64,000 nucleotides of DNA from an uncultured Verrucomicrobiales bacterium (GCA_937928545.1 CALGJQ010000029.1:1-64000), one strand, 5' to 3'; positions 28,895 to 39,773 are shown, numbered from the stretch's first letter. Notes: generated by a model from the letters alone, not told the origin. Numbers and translations are program-made.

Positions 28895-29989
28895 CTAGCC
28901 TCCGCCTGAGTTAGCGAGCGCCTTATCTTCGTCAGGAAGGAAGGGGGCAAAGCGACCTTTCTCGATTGATTTCATGTAAGCTTCCTGAGGCGAAATCATC
29001 GCGGCCTCAAGTTTCTCCATGATGGCATCGTCCATGAACTGCATGCCCAGTGCCTTTCCGCCAATGATGACGTCGTAAAGTTTTTGCGTCGCACCTTCAC
29101 GAATAATCGCGGCGACCGCTGGGGTGGCGAAGAGAATTTCATTCACAGCAACCCGGCCGGGTTTATCGGTCCGCTTACAGAGGAGCTGAGCCACCACTCC
29201 GCGAAGAGAAGCTGCAAGCATGGTGCGAACTTGTGATTGTTGGTCGGCAGGGAAAACGTCGATGATTCGATCAACCGTCTTACGAGCGTTGTTGGTGTGG
29301 AGTGTTCCGAAGACGAGAAGTCCAGTTTCAGCTGCGGTGAGTGCGAGCGAAATCGTTTCAAGGTCCCGCATCTCACCAACCAGAACAATGTCGGCATCTT
29401 CACGAAGACAAGCACGGAGGCCATCGGAGAATTCAGGAGTCTGAATGGGAACCTCACGCTGAGTGATGATCGACTGCTTGCTCTGGTGGACAAACTCGAT
29501 GGGCTCCTCAATCGTAATGATGTGGCGACTGAAGTTTGTGTTAATGTAGTCAATGAGTGCCGCCAAAGAGGTCGACTTCCCTGAACCAGTAGGCCCAGTG
29601 ACAAGAACGAGTCCGGAACGCATGTGACCGAATTCCTTGATGACGGGAGGAAGGTTAAGGTCCTCGATTGAAGCAATCTCGGTAGGGATCAGACGGAAGA
29701 CCGCGCCAAGGCCATTCTGCTGCTTCATGAAGTTGCAACGGAAGCGGGACTGCTCATCCATTTCGTAGGCGAAGTCAAGGTCACCGGTTTCGAGGTATTG
29801 CTCAAATGGTCCGGGCTCGCAAATCTCGCTGAGGAGTTCTTTAAACTCTTCCCCTTCGAGGACAGGTTCATCGGGGATTGCAGAAACACCGCCGTGGACG
29901 CGGACCTTGGGTGGTGAGCCCTCGGATAGGTGGAGGTCGGAACCTCCGGAGGAGACGAGGTATTGGAAAAGACGATCAATTTTAGCCAT
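28895..29989 (-). CDS. pilT: Type IV pilus retraction ATPase PilT
   Basis: MAKIDRLFQYLVSSGGSDLHL, Walker A GPTGSGKST and the PilT family core. Confidence 0.85.
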   Translation of the reverse strand: MAKIDRLFQYLVSSGGSDLHLSEGSPPKVRVHGGVSAIPDEPVLEGEEFKELLSEICEPGPFEQYLETGDLDFAYEMDEQSRFRCNFMKQQNGLGAVFRLIPTEIASIEDLNLPPVIKEFGHMRSGLVLVTGPTGSGKSTSLAALIDYINTNFSRHIITIEEPIEFVHQSKQSIITQREVPIQTPEFSDGLRACLREDADIVLVGEMRDLETISLALTAAETGLLVFGTLHTNNARKTVDRIIDVFPADQQSQVRTMLAASLRGVVAQLLCKRTDKPGRVAVNEILFATPAVAAIIREGATQKLYDVIIGGKALGMQFMDDAIMEKLEAAMISPQEAYMKSIEKGRFAPFLPDEDKALANSGGG

Positions 29990-30017
29990 GCTAATGAAAG
30001 TGTGTGTGTTTTAAAAA

Positions 30018-31100
30018 TTAGGATTGGAAGAAGAGTTTCATCTGCTGGGCATCTTCACAGCGGAAGAGGGTTTCCTCCTGGGTGATGAGGCCTTGAGTAT
30101 AAAGATTACGGAGTGACTCATCCATCGTGATCATGCCGACGTTTTTACCTGTCTGCATAATTCCGGGGAGCATGAAGGTCTTGCCATCTCGAATGGTCGC
30201 GGCAACCGCAGCGGTGTTGACGAGAAGCTCAAGTGCCATCACGCGGCCCGTGCCATCGGCTCTCGGAACGAGTTGTTGAGAAATCACTCCACGGAGTGAC
30301 TCCGAAACCATGATTCGGATTTGATCACGTTGATCCACTGGGAACACATCGAGAACACGGTCGAGGGTTCGAGGGGCGTTTCCAGTATGAAGGGTAGCGA
30401 GAACGAGGTGGCCTGTTTCAGCTGCGGTTAGTGCAAGTTGAATGGTTTCAAGGTTTCTCATTTCTCCGACCATGATGACGTCGGGATCTTCTCGAAGCGC
30501 TCCCCGGAGAGCCTTTGGGAAGGATTCGGTATGGGCGCCGACCTCGCGCTGGTTCACGTGGCATCCTTGAGATTCGAAAACGTATTCGATGGGATCTTCC
30601 AAGGTGAGGATGTGGTCTTCCCGATCCTTGTTAATGAAGTCAACGAGCGCTGCCATGGTCGTTGATTTACCAGAGCCAACCGATCCCGTAATCAAGATGA
30701 GTCCGTTTTGGTAACGAGTGAGCGGCTTAATGTGCTCGATGGGAAGGCTGAGATCTTCCATCGTCCGGATATTGGTAGAGATGATTCGGAAAACGATCTC
30801 GTATCCTAAACGCTGTTTAATGACAGAAGCACGGAAACGACCAAAATCGTTGGCGTAAGCAAAGTCGATGTCTCCAATTTTATTGAGGTGCTCCCAGCGA
30901 TCGTCATCAAGAAATGAGCGGGCGAGGCGCTCAGTATCATCTGGAGTCAAGGGAGCGTGGGTGTCCCAAATTGGGTTAAGGCTTCCAAAGCGTCGCCATG
31001 CGGGTGGGTAGCCGGCTGGAAGGTGGATATCGGAGCAATCGTATTCGATACCGATCTTAAGATATTCGTCTACGTGAGCTAGGACTTCGTGTTCTGACAT
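30018..31100 (-). CDS. PilT/PilU-family ATPase (second paralog)
   Basis: Walker A GSVGSGKSTT and the PilT core. The start is placed at MSEHEV. Confidence 0.8.
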   Translation of the reverse strand: MSEHEVLAHVDEYLKIGIEYDCSDIHLPAGYPPAWRRFGSLNPIWDTHAPLTPDDTERLARSFLDDDRWEHLNKIGDIDFAYANDFGRFRASVIKQRLGYEIVFRIISTNIRTMEDLSLPIEHIKPLTRYQNGLILITGSVGSGKSTTMAALVDFINKDREDHILTLEDPIEYVFESQGCHVNQREVGAHTESFPKALRGALREDPDVIMVGEMRNLETIQLALTAAETGHLVLATLHTGNAPRTLDRVLDVFPVDQRDQIRIMVSESLRGVISQQLVPRADGTGRVMALELLVNTAAVAATIRDGKTFMLPGIMQTGKNVGMITMDESLRNLYTQGLITQEETLFRCEDAQQMKLFFQS

Positions 31101-31158
31101 GGAGTATGTGTGTGAATTGAAAAAGGGAATTTGGGTCGAAAATTGTCTGTAAGAGAGA

Positions 31159-31539
31159 TCACTTTTGAGGCGGGTCGCCAAGCATGGAATTAGGGGGAAG
31201 GGGGGCAAGGCGATCCTCCGCGTAATCTTTGGCATGTTCTAAGGCGAATCTTGCTAAAGACGGACGCACAAAGAAAAAGGCGAGACGGATTGATTTGCCA
31301 ATTAGGCCTCTTTTCCTTTTAAAATTGGAATAGATAATTTTCTTTCTTCGGAAGAGGAAGCAAAAAGCAATGGCTGACACGGCACCACCGACCATCCATC
31401 GAGTCGGGTTGTTTTGAACCGACTTTTTCAGCTGTTTAGAAACGCTCAACTCGGCGCGCAGCGAATCATGACTGTTCGTCATTTCGGAACGCTGCAAGGC
31501 GAGTCGCGCTGCTAGGGCTTTCTTTTCTGCTTCAGCCAT
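31159..31539 (-). CDS. Hypothetical membrane protein (third member of a yqjD/yqjE-like operon)
   Basis: One TM helix; the call rests on operon context only. Confidence 0.4.
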   Translation of the reverse strand: MAEAEKKALAARLALQRSEMTNSHDSLRAELSVSKQLKKSVQNNPTRWMVGGAVSAIAFCFLFRRKKIIYSNFKRKRGLIGKSIRLAFFFVRPSLARFALEHAKDYAEDRLAPLPPNSMLGDPPQK

Positions 31540-31961
31540 TCCTGTTCCTTTTGAAGTTCGTTGCGGGTGTATTCGAAGAAAGTTTGCTCGGCTCCGATCT
31601 TCTTTGCGCGTTTGAAAAAGAAGAAGCCAACCAAGAAGTGGAGTCCTCCAAAAATGAGCGACGCGCCGGTCCAGTTCGCGAGAGAAAGAGAGGTATCAGG
31701 ATTCAAGACTGCGGCAAGAATTCCCACGAAAGCTGCGAGGATGAGGAGGTAAGCGAGACCAAGCATCACTCCAGAGATCAGCATTAAGCGGGTTTTTTTT
31801 CCGTAAACTAGGCCAGCTTCTTTCGCCTCGATCGTGAAGAGTTCGGACCGAAGTTGAAGATAGTCCGAGGCATCTCGCAAGAAGGAGGTGACTTCCGCTT
31901 TCAATCCAGTGGGAGCCTCGTGGGGCTCTTCACGTGAAGCTGGGTTTTGCTTGGAATCCAT
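31512..31961 (-). CDS. YqjE / holin-X (DUF1469)-like membrane protein
   Basis: Two TM helices. Size and topology resemble YqjE-family proteins, which pair with YqjD/ElaB. Confidence 0.5.
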   Translation of the reverse strand: MDSKQNPASREEPHEAPTGLKAEVTSFLRDASDYLQLRSELFTIEAKEAGLVYGKKTRLMLISGVMLGLAYLLILAAFVGILAAVLNPDTSLSLANWTGASLIFGGLHFLVGFFFFKRAKKIGAEQTFFEYTRNELQKEQEWLKQKRKP

Positions 31962-31990
31962 AGATTCGCCTAAATTCTATCGGCGAAGTT

Positions 31991-32401
31991 TTACCGGCGA
32001 AGCAAAAGGCCTAGAACAAAGCCAACTCCCACTGCTGAGACAACTGCCTTGGTGGGGTTTTCACGGACGTAGATTTCGAGTGACTCGTGGAGTTCACGGG
32101 CTTTCTCGCGAGAGTCCTGCCACTGCTCCGAGGCTGCTCCTTTGAGATGACTCGCTTTTGCGCCAATCTTGTCAGTGGCGGCAGCTTTAAGGCTTTGTGC
32201 TTTCTCTCCGGCAAAGTCGCGAATTTGTGCGGCTTTTTGAGAAGCGGCTTCTTTCAAAGCATTTGCTTTTTCCTCAGTCGTGGTGGCTACGCGCGACGGC
32301 TCTTTGCCTTCCGCGGCTGCGCGAAGCTCATCGGCTGCCGAACGCGCGTCCGGGGAGTCTGAAAATGGAATAGAATCTGGGGCTGCATATGCGTCACTCA
32401 T
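31991..32401 (-). CDS. YqjD/ElaB/YgaM (DUF883)-family ribosome-associated membrane-anchored protein
   Basis: Ala/Lys-rich helical body with a C-terminal TM anchor VVSAVGVGFVLGLLLRR. Confidence 0.6.
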   Translation of the reverse strand: MSDAYAAPDSIPFSDSPDARSAADELRAAAEGKEPSRVATTTEEKANALKEAASQKAAQIRDFAGEKAQSLKAAATDKIGAKASHLKGAASEQWQDSREKARELHESLEIYVRENPTKAVVSAVGVGFVLGLLLRR

Positions 32402-32484
32402 GATGAGGTTACTTTCGCCCCGATAGTTTGGGATGACAAGAGAATCCTCCCCGATTTCCAGAGAGAAGGCCGGCCGTTTCTTCG

Positions 32485-33057
32485 CTAGATGGAAAGGATC
32501 TCTTTCACGTCTTGATGAACCTTCTCAGGAGTTTGTCCGGCATCGATCCGGTGGACGAAATCATCCTCAAGCGAGGCAAAGATGTTGTGGCACTGCTGCA
32601 AGGCCTCACGTTGCTCAAATTCGTTGGCTTGGCCGTCTCGAACTCCGATTCGATCGAGGGCGGTATCGAGATTTAGTTCTAGAACAAAGACAAAGTCAGG
32701 AAGCGGGGCGAATTCCTCGTTAGTCTTACGAATTTCAAGGGGATCGAAGCCGCGAATCCCTTGGTAGGCCATCGTGGAGAAGAAGTAGCGATCTAGGATC
32801 ACAACTGCATCACGGGCGAGAGCGGGCTTAATGAGACTTTCGACGTGTTCCTTGCGATCAAGGTGAAAGAGATCGAGTTCCTCTTGAGGAGAGAGGCGCC
32901 CGGTTTCAGCGGAGTCCCGCAATCGACTCCCGTGTGGTCCGTCGGTGGGTTCTTTTGAGGTAATGACCTCGCGGCCTTGCGCCCTGAGAGCCTCGGCAAG
33001 CAAATTGACCTGAGTGGACTTGCCAGTGCCGTCGATCCCTTCGAAGACGATGAACAT
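32485..33057 (-). CDS. tmk: Thymidylate kinase
   Basis: P-loop FIVFEGIDGTGKSTQ and the dTMP kinase fold. Confidence 0.9.
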   Translation of the reverse strand: MFIVFEGIDGTGKSTQVNLLAEALRAQGREVITSKEPTDGPHGSRLRDSAETGRLSPQEELDLFHLDRKEHVESLIKPALARDAVVILDRYFFSTMAYQGIRGFDPLEIRKTNEEFAPLPDFVFVLELNLDTALDRIGVRDGQANEFEQREALQQCHNIFASLEDDFVHRIDAGQTPEKVHQDVKEILSI

Positions 33058-33067
33058 AAAAAAGAAA

Positions 33068-33144
33068 GTGGCACGCTCAGCAGGACTTGAACCTGCAACC
33101 CCCGCATTAGAAGTGCGGTGCTCTATCCAGTTGAGCTATGAGCG
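33068..33144 (-). tRNA. tRNA-Arg (anticodon TCT)
   Basis: The reverse complement folds as a cloverleaf with anticodon loop CTTCTAA, T-arm GCAGGTTCAAGTCCTGC, acceptor stem GCGCTCA/TGAGCGT and an encoded CCA. Confidence 0.85.
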
Positions 33145-33710
33145 CGTAACGGGGAGCTTTCTAGCGAGAGCTTTTGCGGCGGGCAAGCTGGATGAGTCGG
33201 AAGAGGGCAGATTTTTTTCAACTTCCTCAAGGGAGGGGATTTCCAAGCCTTCTTTTTCGATCTGCTCGAAGTCCCGAGGATAGTCTGATTCAGGAAGAAC
33301 CGACTCCGCGAGGTGGAAGCAAGCCCAAGCGCGCCAGCTTCGTAGCTCGGCATGTTCGCCGGACATCCGTGTGGCGAGGTGCTGAAAATGGCGGACGGGG
33401 TTTCCGATGAAGAGTTCTTGCGAGCGCTTGGCGAGATACCAAACCATCGCTTCGTAAGGAGCGGCTTGGTCTGGGACCATGGACGCTTTATTGAGTTGAA
33501 GGATCGCTTGAGCGGGCTTTCCTTGTTGCCATAGGGATTGTGAAAACTCGAGACAGGCTTGATAAAAGGCCTCGCCGCGGGCGGAGCGATGGCGACGCGA
33601 GTGCTCGGGGCCGAGATCGGGTGGTGCGGGGGGCAGGTGAGGATTTAGCACGGGGAGGATTAAAGGTTTCCTGATCGGCAATGGCCAGTCACAATAAACG
33701 CAGTTCTTCA
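33136..33710 (-). CDS. Hypothetical protein (about 191 aa)
   Basis: C-terminal part of ORF 33136..34254 starting at MKNCVYCDW. The upstream part of that ORF is antisense to the SLC13 transporter gene and is rejected. Confidence 0.45.
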
Positions 33711-35581
33711 TGGTAGAAACTTGGCAACAAATCGCACTCGGGATTCTCGTCCTTTTGGTCTTCACCAGCTTTGTGAAAGAGTGGGTCTCGCCTGAGGTTG
33801 TCGCTCTGGGGGCTCTCGTCTCTTGTGTTTTGATCGGAGTCTTACCGATCGCAGTCCCGACTCCCTCTCCTGAGTTGCAGGGCGAGGAGCTCAAAAGGGC
33901 GCTCATGATGTTTAATGCCGACGCCCTCCGCGTCTTCGCCCATCCCGCGCCGATCACGGTGGCTTGTATGTTTGTCCTCAGTGCCGCGCTCGAGAGAACG
34001 GGGGTGATTGAAATCCTCGGCAACTGGTTCGAGCGGACCGCTGGAACGAGCCCCACTCGTATGATGGTCGTGATGATTCTGATCGTCGCGGGCCTCTCCG
34101 GTTTCATGAACAACACGCCGGTTGTTGTCGTTTTCTTGCCGATCGTTCTTGGCATCTGTCGCCGAAAAAGTTGGACGGCCTCCAAGTATCTTATCCCGCT
34201 TTCGTACGCCGCGATTGTAGGAGGAACGGTGACGATCATCGGAACCTCGACCAATCTAGTCGCCTCAGGAATCGCCGCGTCCTACGATCAAAAATACGCT
34301 TTCGGATTCTTCGACGTGACACCGCTCGGGCTTGTCTTCGTGACGATCACCTTCGTTTATCTCCTTACGATTGGCAAAAAACTTCTCCCAGACCGCGTCA
34401 CCCTTGCAGCCCTGATCGATAGTAAGGATTCACGCGAGTTCATCTCGCGAGCCTATGTCTCTAAAGACTCTCCTTTGATTGGGCAGAGCTTTATCGAGTC
34501 CTCGCTTAAGAAGATGAAGAAAGCTCGCGTCATCGATGTCGTTCGCGATGGAAATCGCGTGCAAGATAGTCTCAAGTCGGTCGTTTTTGAAGCCGGGGAT
34601 GAAATCATCATCAAAGGCAGGCTAGGGGACTTAATGGGGCTTTCCGATCAAGATGGGATCACGCAGGGAAGCCCGGATCAGCTCGGACTCGAGGACGTTC
34701 GGACTGAATCCGCAGTCATGATGGAAGGGATCATTGGGCCGGACTCAAGCCTCGCTGGGAAGAGCCTGAAGGAGCTGAACTTCCGCCAACGTTTCGGTGT
34801 GATCATCGTGGCGGTTCATCGTCGCGGACGGAATCTGCAGGAACGCTTCGAGGACGTGAAGTTAGCCTTTGGCGATACTCTTCTCGTGCAAGGCCCGGCC
34901 CGCCGGATGCAGCAGCTCTTTGAGCTAAAGGACTTCATCAACTTAAGTGAGCCCAAGGAGATTGCCATTCGTTCTCAAAAGGCACCTTTTGCAATCGCTG
35001 CGATTCTCGCCTTCATGGTCTTGGGTTTATTAACTGGTATCGAAGTGATCCCGCCGATCCCCATCGTTCTCGTTGCGCTCGGAGCAGCGGTCTTTGTCCT
35101 CGTGACTCGATGCATTGATCCTTCGGAAGCTTATCAAGCGATCGACTGGAAAGTCCTCTTCCTGATTATTGGAATGCTGGGACTGGGCCAGGCGCTGCAA
35201 TTTTCTGGGGTCGCAGAGATCCTCGCGATCAAGGTCGTTGAGTCGACCCAAGGCATAGATCCCCGCATCTTAGTGGCCCTCATTTATCTCCTCGCCGCCA
35301 TCATGACTGAGATGGTGAGTAATAATGCGGTCGCCGCCTTGCTCACTCCGCTCGCCATTATTGTCGGGATTCAGTTGGGCGTTGATCCCAAGCCGTTCAT
35401 CGCAGCAGTGATGTTTGGTTCCTCGGCGAGTTTCGCGACGCCAATTGGCTATCAGACGAACACCTTCGTCTATGGCGCGGGTGGTTATAAATTTGGAGAT
35501 TTCTTTCGAGCAGGATTCCCACTTGCGGTGATTCTCTGGATTGTCGCCAGTTTGCTCATTCCGGTAATCTGGCCACTTTAA
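33710..35581 (+). CDS. SLC13/DASS-family permease with two internal TrkA-C (RCK_C) domains
   Basis: TM-rich N- and C-terminal halves with a central soluble region containing two TrkA_C-like repeats. Confidence 0.8.
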   Translation: MVETWQQIALGILVLLVFTSFVKEWVSPEVVALGALVSCVLIGVLPIAVPTPSPELQGEELKRALMMFNADALRVFAHPAPITVACMFVLSAALERTGVIEILGNWFERTAGTSPTRMMVVMILIVAGLSGFMNNTPVVVVFLPIVLGICRRKSWTASKYLIPLSYAAIVGGTVTIIGTSTNLVASGIAASYDQKYAFGFFDVTPLGLVFVTITFVYLLTIGKKLLPDRVTLAALIDSKDSREFISRAYVSKDSPLIGQSFIESSLKKMKKARVIDVVRDGNRVQDSLKSVVFEAGDEIIIKGRLGDLMGLSDQDGITQGSPDQLGLEDVRTESAVMMEGIIGPDSSLAGKSLKELNFRQRFGVIIVAVHRRGRNLQERFEDVKLAFGDTLLVQGPARRMQQLFELKDFINLSEPKEIAIRSQKAPFAIAAILAFMVLGLLTGIEVIPPIPIVLVALGAAVFVLVTRCIDPSEAYQAIDWKVLFLIIGMLGLGQALQFSGVAEILAIKVVESTQGIDPRILVALIYLLAAIMTEMVSNNAVAALLTPLAIIVGIQLGVDPKPFIAAVMFGSSASFATPIGYQTNTFVYGAGGYKFGDFFRAGFPLAVILWIVASLLIPVIWPL

Positions 35582-35641
35582 GCATTTCAGTCTGACATTC
35601 CGTTGACCTTGTCGCTTACGGGGAGTAATGAGAACTCGTCT

Positions 35642-36628
35642 ATGAAAGCTCCAATCACAGTTTCGGTCACCGGTGCCGCCGGCCAAATCGGTTACGCCCT
35701 TCTTACCCGCATCGCATCTGGATCGATGTTCGGTCCCGATCAGCCGGTCAATCTCCGCCTCATTGAAATCGAGCCCGCGATGGGAGCTCTCGAAGGCACC
35801 GTGATGGAACTTGATGACTGTGCTTTTCCTCTCCTGAACGAGATCGTCCCAACCTGTGACCTGAACGAAGGATTTCGTGGAAGCGATTGGGCCCTCCTTG
35901 TCGGTTCGGTCCCACGGAAAGCAGGTATGGAGCGTGCCGATCTTTTGGGGATCAACGGTAAAATTTTCACTGGCCAAGGGCAGGCCATCGCAGCCAATGC
36001 CGCGTCTGGAGTTCGGACTCTTGTTATTGGAAACCCCTGTAACACCAACTGCCTCATTGCCATGAACAATGCGAACGGCATTCCGAACGATCAGTTCTTC
36101 GCAATGACTCGTCTTGATGAGAATCGTGCCAAAAGCCAACTCGCGGCGAAGGCTGGCGTTCATAATAGCGTGGTTTCGAACCTCTGTATTTGGGGGAATC
36201 ACTCTGCCACTCAGTATCCTGATTTCACCAATGCTAAGATTGATGGCAAGCCGGTTGCCGAGGTCATCAGCGATCGCGCATGGCTCGAAGGAGAGTTTAT
36301 TTCCACCGTTCAGCAGCGAGGTGCTGCCATCATCAAAGCTCGTGGCCAAAGTTCTGCCGCCTCTGCTGCAAACGGAGTTGTAGATACCGTCCGCTCACTG
36401 ACGACTCCAACTCCAGAGGGTGATTGGACCAGCGTTGCGGTTTGTTCTGACGGTTCTTATGGAATCCCCGAAGGCCTCATTGCCTCCATGCCAATCCGCA
36501 CGGACGGTAAGAAATGGGAAGTGGTTCAGGGTGTCGAGCTCGACGACTTTTCACGCGCTAAGGTTGATGCCTCAGTTGCGGAGCTCAGTGAAGAGCGCGA
36601 GGCTGTTAAGGATCTCATTCCTTCCTAA
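35642..36628 (+). CDS. mdh: Malate dehydrogenase
   Basis: [21 protein letters not shown] together with LDH/MDH family motifs. Confidence 0.9.
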   Translation: MKAPITVSVTGAAGQIGYALLTRIASGSMFGPDQPVNLRLIEIEPAMGALEGTVMELDDCAFPLLNEIVPTCDLNEGFRGSDWALLVGSVPRKAGMERADLLGINGKIFTGQGQAIAANAASGVRTLVIGNPCNTNCLIAMNNANGIPNDQFFAMTRLDENRAKSQLAAKAGVHNSVVSNLCIWGNHSATQYPDFTNAKIDGKPVAEVISDRAWLEGEFISTVQQRGAAIIKARGQSSAASAANGVVDTVRSLTTPTPEGDWTSVAVCSDGSYGIPEGLIASMPIRTDGKKWEVVQGVELDDFSRAKVDASVAELSEEREAVKDLIPS

Positions 36629-37417
36629 TTGAAAATGGCATCACCACTAGTCATTGCAGGACGCGAGTTTCATTCGCGCCTCATGCTCGGGACGGGGAAG
36701 TTTCCCTCGAACGAACTCATGAGTGATGCCCTAGCGGCCTCGGGAACTGAAATTGTTACCGTTGCTTTGCGTCGCGCTGACCTGAGTGGTCAAGACGATC
36801 CATTTGCGAACATTCTCGAATTCATCGACTCTGAAAAATATCTTCTCCTTCCAAACACCAGCGGAGCGATGGATGCTGAGGAGGCAATCCGGCTTGCTCG
36901 CCTTGCTGCGGCCGCAGGATTGCCAAAGTGGGTGAAGTTGGAAATCCACCCAGATCCTACTTATCTTCTACCGGATCCTATCGAAACACTCAAAGCCGCC
37001 GAGCAGTTAGTGAAGGAAGGCTTTGTCGTTCTTCCTTACATCAATGCTGACCCAGTGCTGGCGAAGCGCTTGCAAGAAGTTGGGACCGCCACCGTGATGC
37101 CTCTTGGCGCGCCAATCGGAAGTAATAAAGGGATTTCGACTCGTGATCAAATTCGAATCATCATCGATCAGGCGGAAGTCCCGGTCGTTGTCGATGCTGG
37201 GATTGGCGCACCGAGTCATGCTGCTGAAGCGATGGAATTGGGAGCAGATGCCGTCCTCGTCAATACCGCCATCGCGATCGCTTCTGATCCATGCCGAATG
37301 GGGGAGGCTTTCAAAAAAGCGGTCGAAGCGGGCCGTGACGCCTTCGAAATGGGACTGCCTGATGTGATTGATTCGGCTTCGGCTACGAGCCCTTTGACCG
37401 GATTTTTGACCTCATAG
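36629..37417 (+). CDS. thiG: Thiazole synthase
   Basis: [19 protein letters not shown] and the ThiG TIM-barrel motifs. Confidence 0.9.
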   Translation: MKMASPLVIAGREFHSRLMLGTGKFPSNELMSDALAASGTEIVTVALRRADLSGQDDPFANILEFIDSEKYLLLPNTSGAMDAEEAIRLARLAAAAGLPKWVKLEIHPDPTYLLPDPIETLKAAEQLVKEGFVVLPYINADPVLAKRLQEVGTATVMPLGAPIGSNKGISTRDQIRIIIDQAEVPVVVDAGIGAPSHAAEAMELGADAVLVNTAIAIASDPCRMGEAFKKAVEAGRDAFEMGLPDVIDSASATSPLTGFLTS

Positions 37418-37563
37418 AAGCGGGGGATTTGACCCCATTTTTCTGCAATGTCGTATGATGAACGAGATTGTTAGGAGAATTTTATGGATTTTTTTGCTTA
37501 ATGGTCCAAAACTAAGGAACACCTGAGTTCGTGTTGCAATAACGCGTCTCTCACTTCACATCA

Positions 37564-38742
37564 ATGCCCGACGACGCGACAAAATTGCAAGCGACCCGCA
37601 TTCTTGTGACCGCTGCTGCCGTAGTCATCTTGGTAACCGGTCTCAAGCTTGCTCAGTCGTTTTTTATTCCAGTGCTCCTGGCGGCATTTATCGCGACGGT
37701 GTCATTCCCTATTACAAGGTGGCTTCGTCAACGCAAAGTGCCCCGTCCCATTGCGGTGCTTCTCACCGTTTTGGTCGATTTCGCCTTCCTCAGTGGAATT
37801 GTTGTGATTGTGGTGGCTTTGATGGGGGACCTCGATGCGAAATGGCAGGATAAGTATTATCCCGCCATGAATTTGAAGATCGAAGAAGTCTCGGAATCAG
37901 CCGTGGCGACCCTCGAGAAATGGAATGTTCCTAACGCACGAAAGAAGGTCAGTGAATATGCGACGATTCAAATTCCTCAGCAAATTGACGACGCGGTTAA
38001 CCCTTTTGCACTCGGAAAAGACGTCGCCTTTAGAGTGATTTCCTTCCTTGGAACGACCCTCCTCATTTTGATTCTCACGGTCTTCATGTTGAGTGAAGCT
38101 CGAATGTTTGGGCGACGGGTCAATGCCATTTTAGAAGCACATGGGCCAAACTTAGATCGAATTTTGAATGCCACTGCTGACATTCAGCGCTACCTCGCGA
38201 TGAAGACGGTGGTCAGTCTCGCGACTGGATTTTTGGCTGGCTTCCTCTGTTGGGCTGCGGGACTCGATTTCTTTGTTCTTTGGGGAATTGTTGCCTTTGC
38301 CTTCAATTTCATCCCAGTCCTAGGTTCGATTATCGCTGGGGTGCCACCTTTTATCTTAGCCTACCTTGTCGATGGAGGGGCAAGTGCGCTGGCGGTCGGA
38401 GTGGGCTATATCTCGATCAATGTCTTCCTTGGTAATTTCCTTGAGCCAATGCTCATGGGACGCCGCTTTGGCCTCTCGACTCTCGTTGTAATCATCTCAG
38501 TTCTTTTCTGGGGCTTTGTCTGGGGACCAGTTGGGATGTTGCTTGCCGTGCCGCTTACGATGGTCTTGAAAGTGATGCTTGATAACTCTGAAGAGCTGCG
38601 ATGGATGGCCGTTGCGATCACCAAAGAGAAGAGACATCCCTTGCTTGTTCCTGAGGACGACGAAGACCCTCTTTTGGAAGAAGAAATTCTAAGAACGGAG
38701 AAGATCGACCTTTCTGGTGTCACTCCGGAAAAGCGGAGTTAA
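37564..38742 (+). CDS. AI-2E family transporter (PerM/YhhT-like)
   Basis: Eight TM helices and a conserved AI-2E core. Confidence 0.8.
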   Translation: MPDDATKLQATRILVTAAAVVILVTGLKLAQSFFIPVLLAAFIATVSFPITRWLRQRKVPRPIAVLLTVLVDFAFLSGIVVIVVALMGDLDAKWQDKYYPAMNLKIEEVSESAVATLEKWNVPNARKKVSEYATIQIPQQIDDAVNPFALGKDVAFRVISFLGTTLLILILTVFMLSEARMFGRRVNAILEAHGPNLDRILNATADIQRYLAMKTVVSLATGFLAGFLCWAAGLDFFVLWGIVAFAFNFIPVLGSIIAGVPPFILAYLVDGGASALAVGVGYISINVFLGNFLEPMLMGRRFGLSTLVVIISVLFWGFVWGPVGMLLAVPLTMVLKVMLDNSEELRWMAVAITKEKRHPLLVPEDDEDPLLEEEILRTEKIDLSGVTPEKRS

Positions 38743-38789
38743 GGCTCGCTCGTTGTTGTCATCATGACTTGAGTAGCTAGGATCGCGCC

Positions 38790-39773
38790 GTGCGAAAGAC
38801 TGGTGTTCAGCGTTGGGCCTTAATCTCGATCGTTCTCTTGATTGTCCTGATCTTTGCGGGTGCCATTGTGAGAGTGACGGGTTCTGGTTTAGGCTGCCCT
38901 GATTGGCCAACTTGCTGGGGGCAAATGATTCCGCCCACTGCAGTAGAGCAAGTGGATCGTGAGAAGCTCGCAGCCGATATTCCTCGATTCAAAAAGGCTG
39001 CCGAGAGGTTTGGGCGAGATCCCAATGAGATTACCGTTGATTCCTTGTTGGAGAAATTTGACGGCACTCAGACTTGGATCGAATTCATCAACCGGCTTTT
39101 GGCTCTGCCGGTGCTTCTCGCCAATTTTATTTTGATGGTCGTTTGTTGGAGGACTCGAATTCTCAAAAAACAAGGGATCGCGGCGTTTTCTCTCGTCATC
39201 GTTAGCGCGCTCACTGGGATCGTGGTCGTTGCGAGCGGGCTCCATGCCGGAGTTGTCACCATTCATATGGCCCTCGCATTTCTGCAGCTCTTTTTACTGA
39301 CTTACATGCTGTGGGCAGGGGGACGGAAAGGTGTCCTCCGGACTAGAATTCCTCAGACCACTCGCTACCAAGTCATGATCCTTTTAGCCTGTGTCATGAT
39401 AGAATGGGCCCTAGGTTCCCAGATTCGGGAAATGACGGATCGGCTTCAAATGCAAAAAGGAATCGATTCACGACCCACTTGGATTCACGAGATTTCTGGC
39501 AGCACCCTCTATCTCATTCACCGGAGTTTTTCGTGGGCTATTTTGATCGCGGCACTTTGGTTGGCTTACAAAGTTCATTGGCGAGGCTTCGTGCCTCGTC
39601 TTGTTCTGGCGGTTGTGGGAGCTTTAATGATTATGGGTCTAATTCTGAGCACCTCTGGAATTCATGCCGTGATTCAAGTCCTCCATGTTGGACTGGCGGG
39701 TGTCTTGGTAAGCGCAGTTTTCTACTGGTGGCTTGCGGCAGCGCCTTCAAATAAAGGAGGCCCGCGTGCCTAA
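38790..39773 (+). CDS. ctaA: Heme A synthase (CtaA/COX15 family)
   Basis: GSGLGCPDWPTC motif and multiple TM helices. Confidence 0.8.
   Translation: MRKTGVQRWALISIVLLIVLIFAGAIVRVTGSGLGCPDWPTCWGQMIPPTAVEQVDREKLAADIPRFKKAAERFGRDPNEITVDSLLEKFDGTQTWIEFINRLLALPVLLANFILMVVCWRTRILKKQGIAAFSLVIVSALTGIVVVASGLHAGVVTIHMALAFLQLFLLTYMLWAGGRKGVLRTRIPQTTRYQVMILLACVMIEWALGSQIREMTDRLQMQKGIDSRPTWIHEISGSTLYLIHRSFSWAILIAALWLAYKVHWRGFVPRLVLAVVGALMIMGLILSTSGIHAVIQVLHVGLAGVLVSAVFYWWLAAAPSNKGGPRA

Noticed and set aside
29143-29676. 177-aa ORF antisense within pilT
   Set aside because: It is embedded in a conserved ATPase gene and has low-complexity Ser/Leu composition.
33711-34254. N-terminal half of the 372-aa ORF 33136..34254
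   Set aside because: It is antisense to the SLC13 transporter gene and has Thr/Ile/Arg-rich composition. Only the part downstream of the internal Met (33136..33710) is plausible.
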